Shown: positions 1-7,447 of the stretch, one piece after another | Numbering within the stretch: position 1 is the stretch's first letter | Layout of the letters: each line of letters starts with the position of its first letter | From: Oligoflexales bacterium | GTDB lineage: Bacteria; Bdellovibrionota_B; Oligoflexia; Oligoflexales; CAIYRB01 | Length of the DNA stretch: 11,315 nt | Direction: 5' to 3' | Assembly: GCA_041736175.1 (NCBI GenBank) | Contig: JBGSUI010000212.1 | Location: forward strand, 1 to 11,315 | Program-made: the position numbers and the translations under genes | The notes under the pieces: model-generated | What the model saw: only the letters and a program-made list of their open reading frames with translations | Databases searched by the model: none | What the model was told of the DNA's origin: nothing

Positions 1-53
1 ACCGTGACCCACTTTACCTCAGGTGAAAGCGGTTTACCTTTAGACGAATGCAT
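1..53 (-). CDS. 5' fragment of a gene running off the left edge (MHSSKGKPLSPEVKWVT...), possibly an IS630-like transposase
   Basis: ATG at 53-51 on the minus strand with a GAGG Shine-Dalgarno at 67-64 and an extended -10 upstream; frame open to the window edge. The KGKPLSPE-x-K start resembles, from memory, N-termini of some IS630-like transposases. Only 17 codons are visible. Confidence 0.4.
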   Translation of the reverse strand, partial: MHSSKGKPLSPEVKWVT

Positions 54-86
54 GGTGGTCAATCCTCGTTTTTTGGCAAAACGATC

Positions 87-95
87 ATTATACCA
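87..95 (-). promoter_or_regulatory. Putative extended -10 sigma70 promoter element (TGGTATAAT)
   Basis: Plus strand ATTATACCA at 87-95 reads TGnTATAAT on the minus strand, about 35 nt upstream of the ATG at 53, in AT-rich context. Confidence 0.5.
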
Positions 96-319
96 CGGAA
101 AAAATTAAAATCTATCTTTTCATGTGCGTAGATCTATAACATTGAGATTCAAAATCGAGATACTCATGATAACTTTCCTTTCAAAAAAATGTTTGTTTGT
201 CGAAGTCACAAAATCTTATTAAGCTTAATATTGATATTTATAATTAGCATGAAATGTGCCATCCTTTTTGAACCGCCCATAACTGATGATTTAGACGTAA
301 ATTTGGACAGTTATAATGC

Positions 320-351
320 TGTGTGTGTGTGTGTGTGGGGGGGGGGGGGGG
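320..351. repeat. Compound simple sequence repeat: (TG)9 running into G15
   Basis: Read directly: TG dinucleotide run 320-337 and G homopolymer 337-351. Confidence 0.9.
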
Positions 352-692
352 CCTTAGACAGTTGTCCTAATGTTGATCAATTAATCGGCTCTGACACCTT
401 TCAGTTAAGCGATGACTTCTTTTCCCAGCGCCACTCCGCGTTGTTGTAAGGATAGGGACTTGCGGGACTCCGGATTTCCCGTTGATGAGCCCGACTCCTT
501 CTTTTTCGTTGTTCTGTTGAACGTTTGATCAGTACTGAGTAGCCGCTTAAGCGCCCGCCCTTGGGGGATTAAGTCCACTAAAAATAATGGGTTAGCTTGA
601 TCATAATGATTTCTTGTATTTTATAGGTGAAAGCCTATAAGTTCGCACCACCAACGATGCTTTGTATATTTCATTGCATATAAAATCGCTGT

Positions 693-1622
693 CTATAGAG
701 GCTCTCTCCTGATAAATCCGTCTATTTGGGAGATGGCCGCCCTTCCCATAAGCAGCACCGCTTGGTGGGAGTTGCCCCCCACATGGGGAGTCATATAAAT
801 ACGGGGATGTTTCCAAGGGGCACCCAAAAACGGCTCCTGTTCGTAAACATCCACGGCAAACCCTCCTAGCTGGCTGGATAGGACCGCTTCACAGGCCCCT
901 TCAAAGTCAACCACGGTGCCCCTGGAAGTATTGATAAGCAGTGCCGATTTTTGAGCGAGTTTAAGAGTTTCTCGGTTAACCATAAGGTGCGTCTCGGGAG
1001 TTAATGGGACATGGAGGGTAATGATATCACTCTGAGTCATCACCTCATCAAACCTCGCCCTTTGGCCCCGTCCTGCGACCGCTGCCCGGTCAACGATATC
1101 GTGGTAGATCACCTGCAGATCCCATGGCACTAACATGCGCACCAATTCGGACCCGATGGCCCCCATACCGATGATCCCTACGGTCTGGCCGTCTAAGCCT
1201 TTTCCCCCGTCTTTTACCCAGTGGCTCTGCTGCATACGCTGGTAGGAGACAGAAAGATTGCGCCCATGGTTTAGCATCATGCCTAGGACCATTTCTGCCA
1301 CCGCACGTCGATTGACCCCTGGAGTCCAGCCAAGCTGGATTCCATGGTCCACGAGAGCCAACCGGTCAATGTGATCCAGACCGACTCCATAGGTCGACAC
1401 AAACTTTAAGCTGCTAAGTTTCTCAATCGTCTGCCGCGAGAGGGGAGTCCTGCCTAGGAGCAGGATTTCATGGTCTCTAAACTGATCTAGAAGCTCTCCT
1501 TCATTCAGCTCTCTCTGGGGCACTCTTGGCTGCCCAAGAGTCACCGGAAGGCCTAGGGTGTTTAGCTCCTCAAGCAGAAGGGGGTTCCTAGCAAAGCTCG
1601 CTGACGCTACAAAGATTTTCAA
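693..1622 (-). CDS. D-isomer-specific 2-hydroxyacid dehydrogenase (phosphoglycerate dehydrogenase-like, no regulatory ACT domain)
   Basis: 309 aa. GVGLDHID, NAD-binding GMGAIG with downstream Asp (YHD), LHVPLT, and catalytic Arg/Glu/His motifs INTSRG, DVYEQEP, TPHVGG. TTG start overlaps the upstream gene by 35 nt. Confidence 0.9.
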   Translation of the reverse strand: MKIFVASASFARNPLLLEELNTLGLPVTLGQPRVPQRELNEGELLDQFRDHEILLLGRTPLSRQTIEKLSSLKFVSTYGVGLDHIDRLALVDHGIQLGWTPGVNRRAVAEMVLGMMLNHGRNLSVSYQRMQQSHWVKDGGKGLDGQTVGIIGMGAIGSELVRMLVPWDLQVIYHDIVDRAAVAGRGQRARFDEVMTQSDIITLHVPLTPETHLMVNRETLKLAQKSALLINTSRGTVVDFEGACEAVLSSQLGGFAVDVYEQEPFLGAPWKHPRIYMTPHVGGNSHQAVLLMGRAAISQIDGFIRREPL

Positions 1623-2544
1623 CTTGTTGATTCTCCGCAGATAGACGCTCTAGTTCTAAGACCGGATTTCCTAAAGCCCCCTTGAGATCTACAAAATCCT
1701 GTTGGCTCGGTTTGTGATAGAGCCCACGCCGCTGACATAATATCAGTCGATTTTTTGGCGTGTGTTCTGAAGGAACAAACTCCGTGGTCGTAACTTCGTA
1801 TCCCAAACTTCGCACCTGGCTGACCCTCAGGGCATCTGTAAGATGGGAAGCGGTTTCATGACGAAGCTGCGGATTATTCATGACGACCCGCATGGGATGA
1901 TCCGGCCACTTAGAAACATTGACCTTCCAATAAGCTGCCAACTCCCTATGACAACAAGGTGCCACCGCTATCACGTCTGCCTTGCTCTGGAGTCCGTACC
2001 AGAGAGCTTGGTCGGTTGCTTTGTCGCATGCATGGAGCGAAATCAGGAGATGGGGTCTCTGGTCTGGGAGTTGTTTCTGATTCTGCAACTCCCCTAGGCT
2101 TGAGATCACCCAGGTCGTCTCCCCTGAGAGTCCCGCTGCCGCAGCCCGCTTCTCACTGGTTTCGATCACTTTAGGGTTCTGATCAACTCCGACGATCTTT
2201 GCCTGGTGGTTCCAGCGGTGCTTAAACAACCAAGCGAGAGTCAGCGTTAAAGCCGAAGTCCCACAGGCTGCATCGACGATGTTTACGACCGTATGACGTT
2301 GCCGGAGATCTTCAAGACTGGGACGGAGGAGTTGTACCATATGGTTTATTTGGGACAGCTTTCGCAACTGATCGTGGTTGATCGCCCCGTCAGGGCTCAT
2401 CAGTCCTATGGCCTGAAGGAGCTGCCAGTCTCCATCTGGTTTTATAAGCCATGACTTACCGCCCAGGAGTTTTTTGAGGCGGTCTTTGGTCCAATGGGCT
2501 TTGATCTTTTGTTCCACGTTATCTTGAATCTTTGCTGTGTTCAT
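1588..2544 (-). CDS. Class I SAM-dependent methyltransferase (Methyltransf_32-like)
   Basis: 318 aa. Motif I variant IVDAACGTS, acidic GVD, and family motifs LHACDKATD, APCCH, EFVxxEHTPKN. Its ATG overlaps the era stop by 1 nt (TAATG). Confidence 0.85.
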   Translation of the reverse strand: MNTAKIQDNVEQKIKAHWTKDRLKKLLGGKSWLIKPDGDWQLLQAIGLMSPDGAINHDQLRKLSQINHMVQLLRPSLEDLRQRHTVVNIVDAACGTSALTLTLAWLFKHRWNHQAKIVGVDQNPKVIETSEKRAAAAGLSGETTWVISSLGELQNQKQLPDQRPHLLISLHACDKATDQALWYGLQSKADVIAVAPCCHRELAAYWKVNVSKWPDHPMRVVMNNPQLRHETASHLTDALRVSQVRSLGYEVTTTEFVPSEHTPKNRLILCQRRGLYHKPSQQDFVDLKGALGNPVLELERLSAENQQVENLCSVSELC

Positions 2545-3518
2545 TAATTCACTCCCTCTGGTTGGAGTTCCACAAGGTGTGTTAAGTCCATCACATGGTC
2601 CAGCTCCTGAACCCAGTCTTTTTCCACCTTAACATTCAGGTCTAGGTAAACTTTTTGTTCGAAGTGGGCTTCGAGAGCTATTTTTGCTGCGGTTCCAATC
2701 TCTTTGATCTTTTGGCCTTTTTGTCCCAACACCATGGCTTTGTGGCTCAGCCGGGAGACAAAAATCTCCGCCTGGCAAACCACAATATGGGGTTTAAACT
2801 CAATCTTGATCACCTTAACCGCGGTACCGTAAGGTATCTCTTGCCCTAACTGTCTAAAAAGCTGCTCACGGATCAATTCGGAGGCCAGGAAATTTTGTGG
2901 CCGATCCGTAAGATCGTCGGCAGGGTATAGCCATGGGGATTCGGGCATGCGTTTAGCTAGCTGGGCCAAAAGAGCCTTGACCTCTTCGGGTCTTTTAGCT
3001 GACATGACGAGAGGCTCTAAGGTCACAAAACGTTCCTCCTGTTCCGGTAACGGAAGGGTGTCGACCCAACCCTTGATGGCAGCCTTTTGGTTGTCGACTT
3101 CGGCATAGCGTCGCTCTTTGTCTAAGCTATCAGCTTGGCTTAAGACCAAAAGCAGCTGGCCTTTTGATTGGGCCAGAACCCGGTAAAGTTCTTTTTGGTC
3201 GTCTTCATCAAATTTTCTTTTAATATCGATAAGGTACACAATGATCTGTGCCTCAGCTGCCGTCTGCTGGGCGACCGTATTCATGGCTCGGTTGAGGAAG
3301 GTATGAAACTGCCGGTGAAGACCAGGGGTATCTAGGAACAGTAGCTGGGTCTGACCATGGGGAACTATGCCCAAAATTCGATTTCGGGTGGTTTGGGGTT
3401 TGCGGCTTACGACCGCCAATTTATGGCCTACCAACGCATTAAGAAGCGTGCTTTTCCCGGCATTTGGTTTGCCAACCAGTGCGACATATCCGCATTGAGT
3501 CATGATTTGACCTGTCAC
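2544..3518 (-). CDS. era: GTPase Era
   Basis: G1 GKPNAGKS, G2 PQTTR, G3 DTPG, ELIREQLF...QEIPY, KH domain VLGQKGQKIKEIG, C-terminal VYLDLNVKV. The start may be the ATG at 3503 rather than the GTG at 3518. Confidence 0.96.
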   Translation of the reverse strand: MTGQIMTQCGYVALVGKPNAGKSTLLNALVGHKLAVVSRKPQTTRNRILGIVPHGQTQLLFLDTPGLHRQFHTFLNRAMNTVAQQTAAEAQIIVYLIDIKRKFDEDDQKELYRVLAQSKGQLLLVLSQADSLDKERRYAEVDNQKAAIKGWVDTLPLPEQEERFVTLEPLVMSAKRPEEVKALLAQLAKRMPESPWLYPADDLTDRPQNFLASELIREQLFRQLGQEIPYGTAVKVIKIEFKPHIVVCQAEIFVSRLSHKAMVLGQKGQKIKEIGTAAKIALEAHFEQKVYLDLNVKVEKDWVQELDHVMDLTHLVELQPEGVN

Positions 3519-3664
3519 CTAAGGGTTAAAGTTTTTAATCTCCAGCGCGGTTGATTAAAAAGTGCTTCCGTATATTATAAATAGGTGCATAAATCAATAG
3601 TCTTTTTAGTTTATTTCTGTCTTTTGGCCACAAGTCCCACTTAAAGGTCTTAGCTGATTTGTCA

Positions 3665-3693
3665 TTGCAACTGAAAAAATTTAGCCGTATAAA
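3665..3693 (+). promoter_or_regulatory. Putative sigma70 promoter of tRNA-Ser
   Basis: TTGCAA (3665-3670), 17-nt spacer, TATAAA (3688-3693), ending 14 nt before the mature tRNA 5' end. Confidence 0.65.
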
Positions 3694-3707
3694 AAGGGTC
3701 CAAGTGC

Positions 3708-3797
3708 GGAGAGGTGGCAGAGTGGCCGAATGCACCTCCTTGCTAAGGAGGCGTCCGGGTAACTGGACCGAGAGTTCGAATCTCTCCCTCTCCGCCA
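3708..3797 (+). tRNA. tRNA-Ser(GCT)
   Basis: 90 nt cloverleaf: acceptor GGAGAGG/CCTCTCC, anticodon stem CCTCC/GGAGG with loop TT-GCT-AA (anticodon 3742-3744), long variable arm GTCCGG/CTGGAC, T arm GAGAG-TTCGAAT-CTCTC, discriminator G and encoded CCA. Confidence 0.98.
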
Positions 3798-3926
3798 TCT
3801 TAAGCCGCTTTGATTTCCCTGGAACCTCTCAAAAGATCACTCAAATTTTCCGAATATTAACAGGCACTCCCTTTCGAGTCCAAAAAATACTTTGATATTT
3901 TTCCATATTTTTCGTACTGCTTAGTT

Positions 3927-3945
3927 GTTGAGAATGATTTTCAAC
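3927..3945. promoter_or_regulatory. Fur box (iron-responsive operator)
   Basis: GTTGAGAAT-G-ATTTTCAAC is a 9-1-9 inverted repeat with one mismatch. Its core matches the 7-1-7 TGATAATNATTATCA consensus at 12 of 14 positions. It lies 20 nt upstream of feoA. Confidence 0.8.
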
Positions 3946-3965
3946 CTCTGTGAAGAAAGTGTTTT

Positions 3966-4214
3966 ATGCCAAATCTCATCAGACTCTCTGACCTCAAAGT
4001 GGGTGTGATAGGTATCATTCGTGACTTTGACAAAAAGCCTGAAAATGCCTCCGCTGTGATGCGTCTTCTTGAGTTTGGGTTTGTGCCCAATGAATCCGTC
4101 AGTGTAGAACAACCATTTCAATTTACGACCGGTGCCTTGACCGCCTCAATCCATCAATGCGCCATCGGCTTAGGAATCCAAGAAGCCTCACTCATTTGGG
4201 TGGAGATACCATAA
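3966..4214 (+). CDS. feoA: Ferrous iron transport protein A
   Basis: 82 aa. LSDLKVG...RLLEFGFVPN...EASLIWV pattern of the FeoA SH3-like domain; directly upstream of feoB with a TAATG overlap. Confidence 0.88.
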   Translation: MPNLIRLSDLKVGVIGIIRDFDKKPENASAVMRLLEFGFVPNESVSVEQPFQFTTGALTASIHQCAIGLGIQEASLIWVEIP

Positions 4215-6205
4215 TGCAGGAAAATCTGACGATCGCCATGGCTGGTAGCCCCAACTCTGGCAAATCCGCCCTTTTCAACGCCCTTACGGGCTCTCGTCAA
4301 AAAGTCGGTAACTACCCCGGAGTCACAATCGAGAGGAAAGTCGGCCGACTCCAGGCCACCCAAGATAACTCTTCAGGCGAGATCCTCCTTATCGATCTGC
4401 CTGGAGTCTATAGTCTTGCGGCCCAATCAGCCGATGAAGAAGTGACTGTTTCCATCCTCCATAATTTAAACCGGCCAAACCTCGACAAAGCCGACGCCAT
4501 CCTAGCCATTATCGATGCTACCAACCTCGAACGGGGGATTTCCTTTGTCCTTGAACTCTTAGAACTCCACGAGCAACTTAACGTAAAGCGTCCTATCATG
4601 GTCGCCCTCAACATGTTTGATTTAGCACAAAAGCGCCGCATGAAGATCGATGTGGAAAGGCTCTCGCAGCAACTCGGCGTAAAGGTCGTACCCTGTATAG
4701 CCATCGACCAAAAATCCCTCGCTCCCCTGCGGCATGAGCTTGAACTCCTCGCTAAATCACTTCCAACTCTCCAGGAGCCCGCAAAGTCTCCGTCCCCCGT
4801 CCCCTCGACGGTGTCTATCGACCCCATCCTCCGCCGCAAACATAAAGCCAAACTCATCGCCACTAAAGTCATCCTTCATCCCCTATCGCCACATCTTTGG
4901 ACCAAGCGCTTAGACCGGTTCTTGCTCAATCCTTGGCTGGGGCTCCCCATCCTAGGGTCTATCCTTATCTTGATGTTTCAAGCGGTCTTTAGCTGGGCCG
5001 AAGCACCTATGGATGCCATTGAATCGGGTGTCAAAAGCCTGTCGGATCTGGTAGCTCTGGTGGTCCCCGAGGGACTATTCCTGAGCTTTATCAATGACGG
5101 GATCCTTGCTGGAGTAGGGGCTGTTGTGGTTTTTTTGCCTCAGATCCTTATCCTGTTTTTCTTTATCTACTTACTGGAATCCACGGGATACATGATGCGG
5201 GCAGCTTACTTGATGAACCGCTTAATGTCCCTCGCTGGGCTCCAAGGCCAATCTTTTGTGCCCCTCCTATCCTCGTTTGCCTGCGCCATTCCAGGAATGA
5301 TGGCTGCCCGCACAGTTAAAAACCCAAAAGAACGGATCTTGACGATTCTGATCGCCCCACTGATGACTTGTTCGGCGCGGCTGCCAGTTTATGTGCTGTT
5401 GATCGGTGCCTTTGTTCCCAACACTCCCATCATTGGCGGACTCAAACTCCAGGGCCTCGTGATGTTTAGTCTGTTTCTTGCCGGGGTGGTTTCGGCATTT
5501 ATCTCAGCATGGGTTTTTAAAAACTCTGTCCTTAAGTCACCTCGCTCGGCTTTTCTGGTTGAATTGCCCACCTACAAATGGCCCCAACCTAAACATCTCT
5601 TAATGAACCTTATGATGCGGGCCAAAATCTTCCTCAAAAGAGCGGGCGGCTATATCCTCTTGGTCTCGGTGGTGCTCTGGTTTCTATCGTCCTTTCCAAG
5701 AGTGCCTGCGGGGTCCTCCGAGAGCCCGCTTTCCTATAGCTATGCAGGAAGGCTGGGAGCTTTACTTGAGCCTCTGGTAAGGCCCATCGGTTTTGACTCA
5801 CGCATCGCGATCGCTTTGATTCCAGGATTTGCGGCCCGAGAGGTTTTGGTTTCTGCCATGGCCACGGTTTTTGCCATCGAAGAATCAAGCGGCGATAAAC
5901 CCACCGCTCCCGTCGGTACCCCCAATCCTGTACCGGTCAGTCCACAGGCTTCTGAAGACTCCAAAGATCCAAGTCTCGAAGATCAGCTATCGGAAAAACT
6001 CACAGCCCATTACGGCTTGGCCACGGCTTTATCGCTATTGGCCTGGTACGTCTACGCCCCGCAGTGCCTTGCTACCTTTGCGGTGATGCGGCGGGAGACC
6101 AATAGTTGGAAATGGCCTGTGATCGGGTTCTCTTATTTATTGGTGGCTGCCTACCTAGCGGCCTGGCTGGTGTATCATATAACGACGGCACTGACTGCGA
6201 CGTAA
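4214..6205 (+). CDS. feoB: Ferrous iron transport protein B
   Basis: 663 aa from ATG 4214 (GGAG SD at 4202-4205, overlapping the feoA stop). G1 GSPNSGKS, NYPGVT, DLPG, NMFD; membrane motifs LESTGYM, FACAIPG, PLMTCSARLPVY, VELPTY, AAREV, YAPQCLAT. Confidence 0.96.
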   Translation: MQENLTIAMAGSPNSGKSALFNALTGSRQKVGNYPGVTIERKVGRLQATQDNSSGEILLIDLPGVYSLAAQSADEEVTVSILHNLNRPNLDKADAILAIIDATNLERGISFVLELLELHEQLNVKRPIMVALNMFDLAQKRRMKIDVERLSQQLGVKVVPCIAIDQKSLAPLRHELELLAKSLPTLQEPAKSPSPVPSTVSIDPILRRKHKAKLIATKVILHPLSPHLWTKRLDRFLLNPWLGLPILGSILILMFQAVFSWAEAPMDAIESGVKSLSDLVALVVPEGLFLSFINDGILAGVGAVVVFLPQILILFFFIYLLESTGYMMRAAYLMNRLMSLAGLQGQSFVPLLSSFACAIPGMMAARTVKNPKERILTILIAPLMTCSARLPVYVLLIGAFVPNTPIIGGLKLQGLVMFSLFLAGVVSAFISAWVFKNSVLKSPRSAFLVELPTYKWPQPKHLLMNLMMRAKIFLKRAGGYILLVSVVLWFLSSFPRVPAGSSESPLSYSYAGRLGALLEPLVRPIGFDSRIAIALIPGFAAREVLVSAMATVFAIEESSGDKPTAPVGTPNPVPVSPQASEDSKDPSLEDQLSEKLTAHYGLATALSLLAWYVYAPQCLATFAVMRRETNSWKWPVIGFSYLLVAAYLAAWLVYHITTALTAT

Positions 6206-6231
6206 CATGAGAGACTCAAGGCGAAGGCTTT

Positions 6232-7353
6232 ATGTTTGAACGGGGATCAAGCTTTAGCGATATGATCAACAACAATTCCGTTAAGAGTCTTGCTTCCAAA
6301 ATAAAAGCCTTTGACCCTTCTTTCAAAGACCGTGCCTTCATAGGCTCCATAGAACTTGAGCCCCTTAAATTCTTAGACCGCATACGAGCGATCGCCCAGG
6401 CCCTTAACAGGTTTTTGCCGCCTTCTTTTGAACGCACCATCGAAACAATCAAAGCCGTTTCGATGCCTGAAATTCCCGAGCATGATGCCGGCACGACCTA
6501 TGGTGAGCATTTTATCATGCTGGCTTTAGGAGAGTTAGTGGTCCTAAGGGGGCTTCAAAGAGAAACCCTGATCCCAGCCCTAGAGATTCTCAAGTTTATG
6601 ACTAAGTCCTGTAGTTCCGAAAGCTCCGTAAGACCTTTTATTATAGGATTTCCTGAGGAAACTCTCGCCTACTTGCACAAGGCGACAAAGGATCCTAATG
6701 CTCATGTCCGACGCTGGACGTCTGAAGGTACCCGTCCCCGTCTGCCTTGGGCTCCCCAGATTAAAACACTGGTGAATGATCCTACGCCTATCCTATCCAT
6801 ACTCGAAGCTCTCCGAGACGATAAGCATCCCTATGTGCGGCGATCCGTCGCCAATAGCCTCAACGATATAAGCAAAGACCATCCCAAACTTCTGACCAAA
6901 CTCCTTAAGACCTGGACCCCAAGGCCCGAGGATCCCACCACGAGAATCCAAGTCATCCAGCATGGACTGCGTACTCTGGTCAAAAGAGCCGATCCAGACG
7001 CCCTCAAACTCCTCGGTTATTATCACAGCTCCCTTAGGATTACAGGACTAAAAATCTCCAAAAAAGTTACCATCGGCGAAGACCTGATTTTTAGTTTTTC
7101 TATCATCAACGACGGCACCACCACCAGCGCAGTCCTAGTCGATTATGTGATCACCTTTTGCAAAAAAAATGGCGTTGGTGAAAAGGTATTTAAATTTCGC
7201 AAGCTGAGTTTGTCTGCTGGAGAAAAGATCACGGTCCAAGGCAAACGACATCTTGATCATTTTTCTACCCGAAAGATGTACCCTGGTCGTCATACTTTTT
7301 CGCTCCAGATCAATGGCAAAAGAATCCAGTCGATATCTTTTATGGTCCTTTAA
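6232..7353 (+). CDS. DNA alkylation repair glycosylase, AlkC-type HEAT-like repeat protein with C-terminal Ig-like domain
   Basis: HVRRWTSEGTRPRLPW, LRDDxxxYVRRSVANxLNDISKDHP, HGLRTLVK, followed by a beta-rich tail (VLVDYVITF, KVFK, TRKMYPGRH, LQING). The start could be ATG 6232 or 6262. Confidence 0.88.
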   Translation: MFERGSSFSDMINNNSVKSLASKIKAFDPSFKDRAFIGSIELEPLKFLDRIRAIAQALNRFLPPSFERTIETIKAVSMPEIPEHDAGTTYGEHFIMLALGELVVLRGLQRETLIPALEILKFMTKSCSSESSVRPFIIGFPEETLAYLHKATKDPNAHVRRWTSEGTRPRLPWAPQIKTLVNDPTPILSILEALRDDKHPYVRRSVANSLNDISKDHPKLLTKLLKTWTPRPEDPTTRIQVIQHGLRTLVKRADPDALKLLGYYHSSLRITGLKISKKVTIGEDLIFSFSIINDGTTTSAVLVDYVITFCKKNGVGEKVFKFRKLSLSAGEKITVQGKRHLDHFSTRKMYPGRHTFSLQINGKRIQSISFMVL

Positions 7354-7362
7354 ATTTAACAA

Positions 7363-7389
7363 GGAATAATAACTCGATTATTATATTCC
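7363..7389. terminator. AT-rich inverted repeat (weak terminator or operator) after the glycosylase gene
   Basis: GGAATA-ATAA...TTAT-TA-TATTCC beginning 10 nt after the stop, followed by CTTT. The stem is weak. Confidence 0.3.
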
Positions 7390-7447
7390 CTTTACCTATT
7401 CTGCAAGATGCCCTATGCTTCTCCTTAATTCAATTTTGGAGATTAAA

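Noticed and set aside
189..449. 86-aa plus-strand ORF containing VCVCVWGGGG
   Set aside because: It is a translation of the simple repeat and AT-rich DNA, with no SD or recognisable domain.
3770..3797. tRNA 3' end as an integration (att) site for the downstream genes
   Set aside because: I saw no duplicate of the tRNA 3' end and no integrase in the window, and feoAB looks native.
693..3797. Functional link between a SerA-like dehydrogenase and tRNA-Ser
   Set aside because: The enzyme's substrate cannot be determined from motifs, and the genes are in separate divergent units; likely coincidence.
3535..3895. ORFs 3535-3798 (-) and 3659-3895 (+)
   Set aside because: Both overlap the tRNA-Ser; MAERERFELS is the typical antisense-tRNA translation artefact.
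4157..4213. Longer feoB start at 4157
   Set aside because: It lies inside feoA. ATG 4214 has an SD, a TAATG coupling, and places G1 at the usual distance from the N-terminus.
4408..7362. Antisense and alternate-frame ORFs within feoB and the glycosylase gene (also those inside the other genes)
   Set aside because: Shadow frames of well-supported genes, with no motifs of their own.
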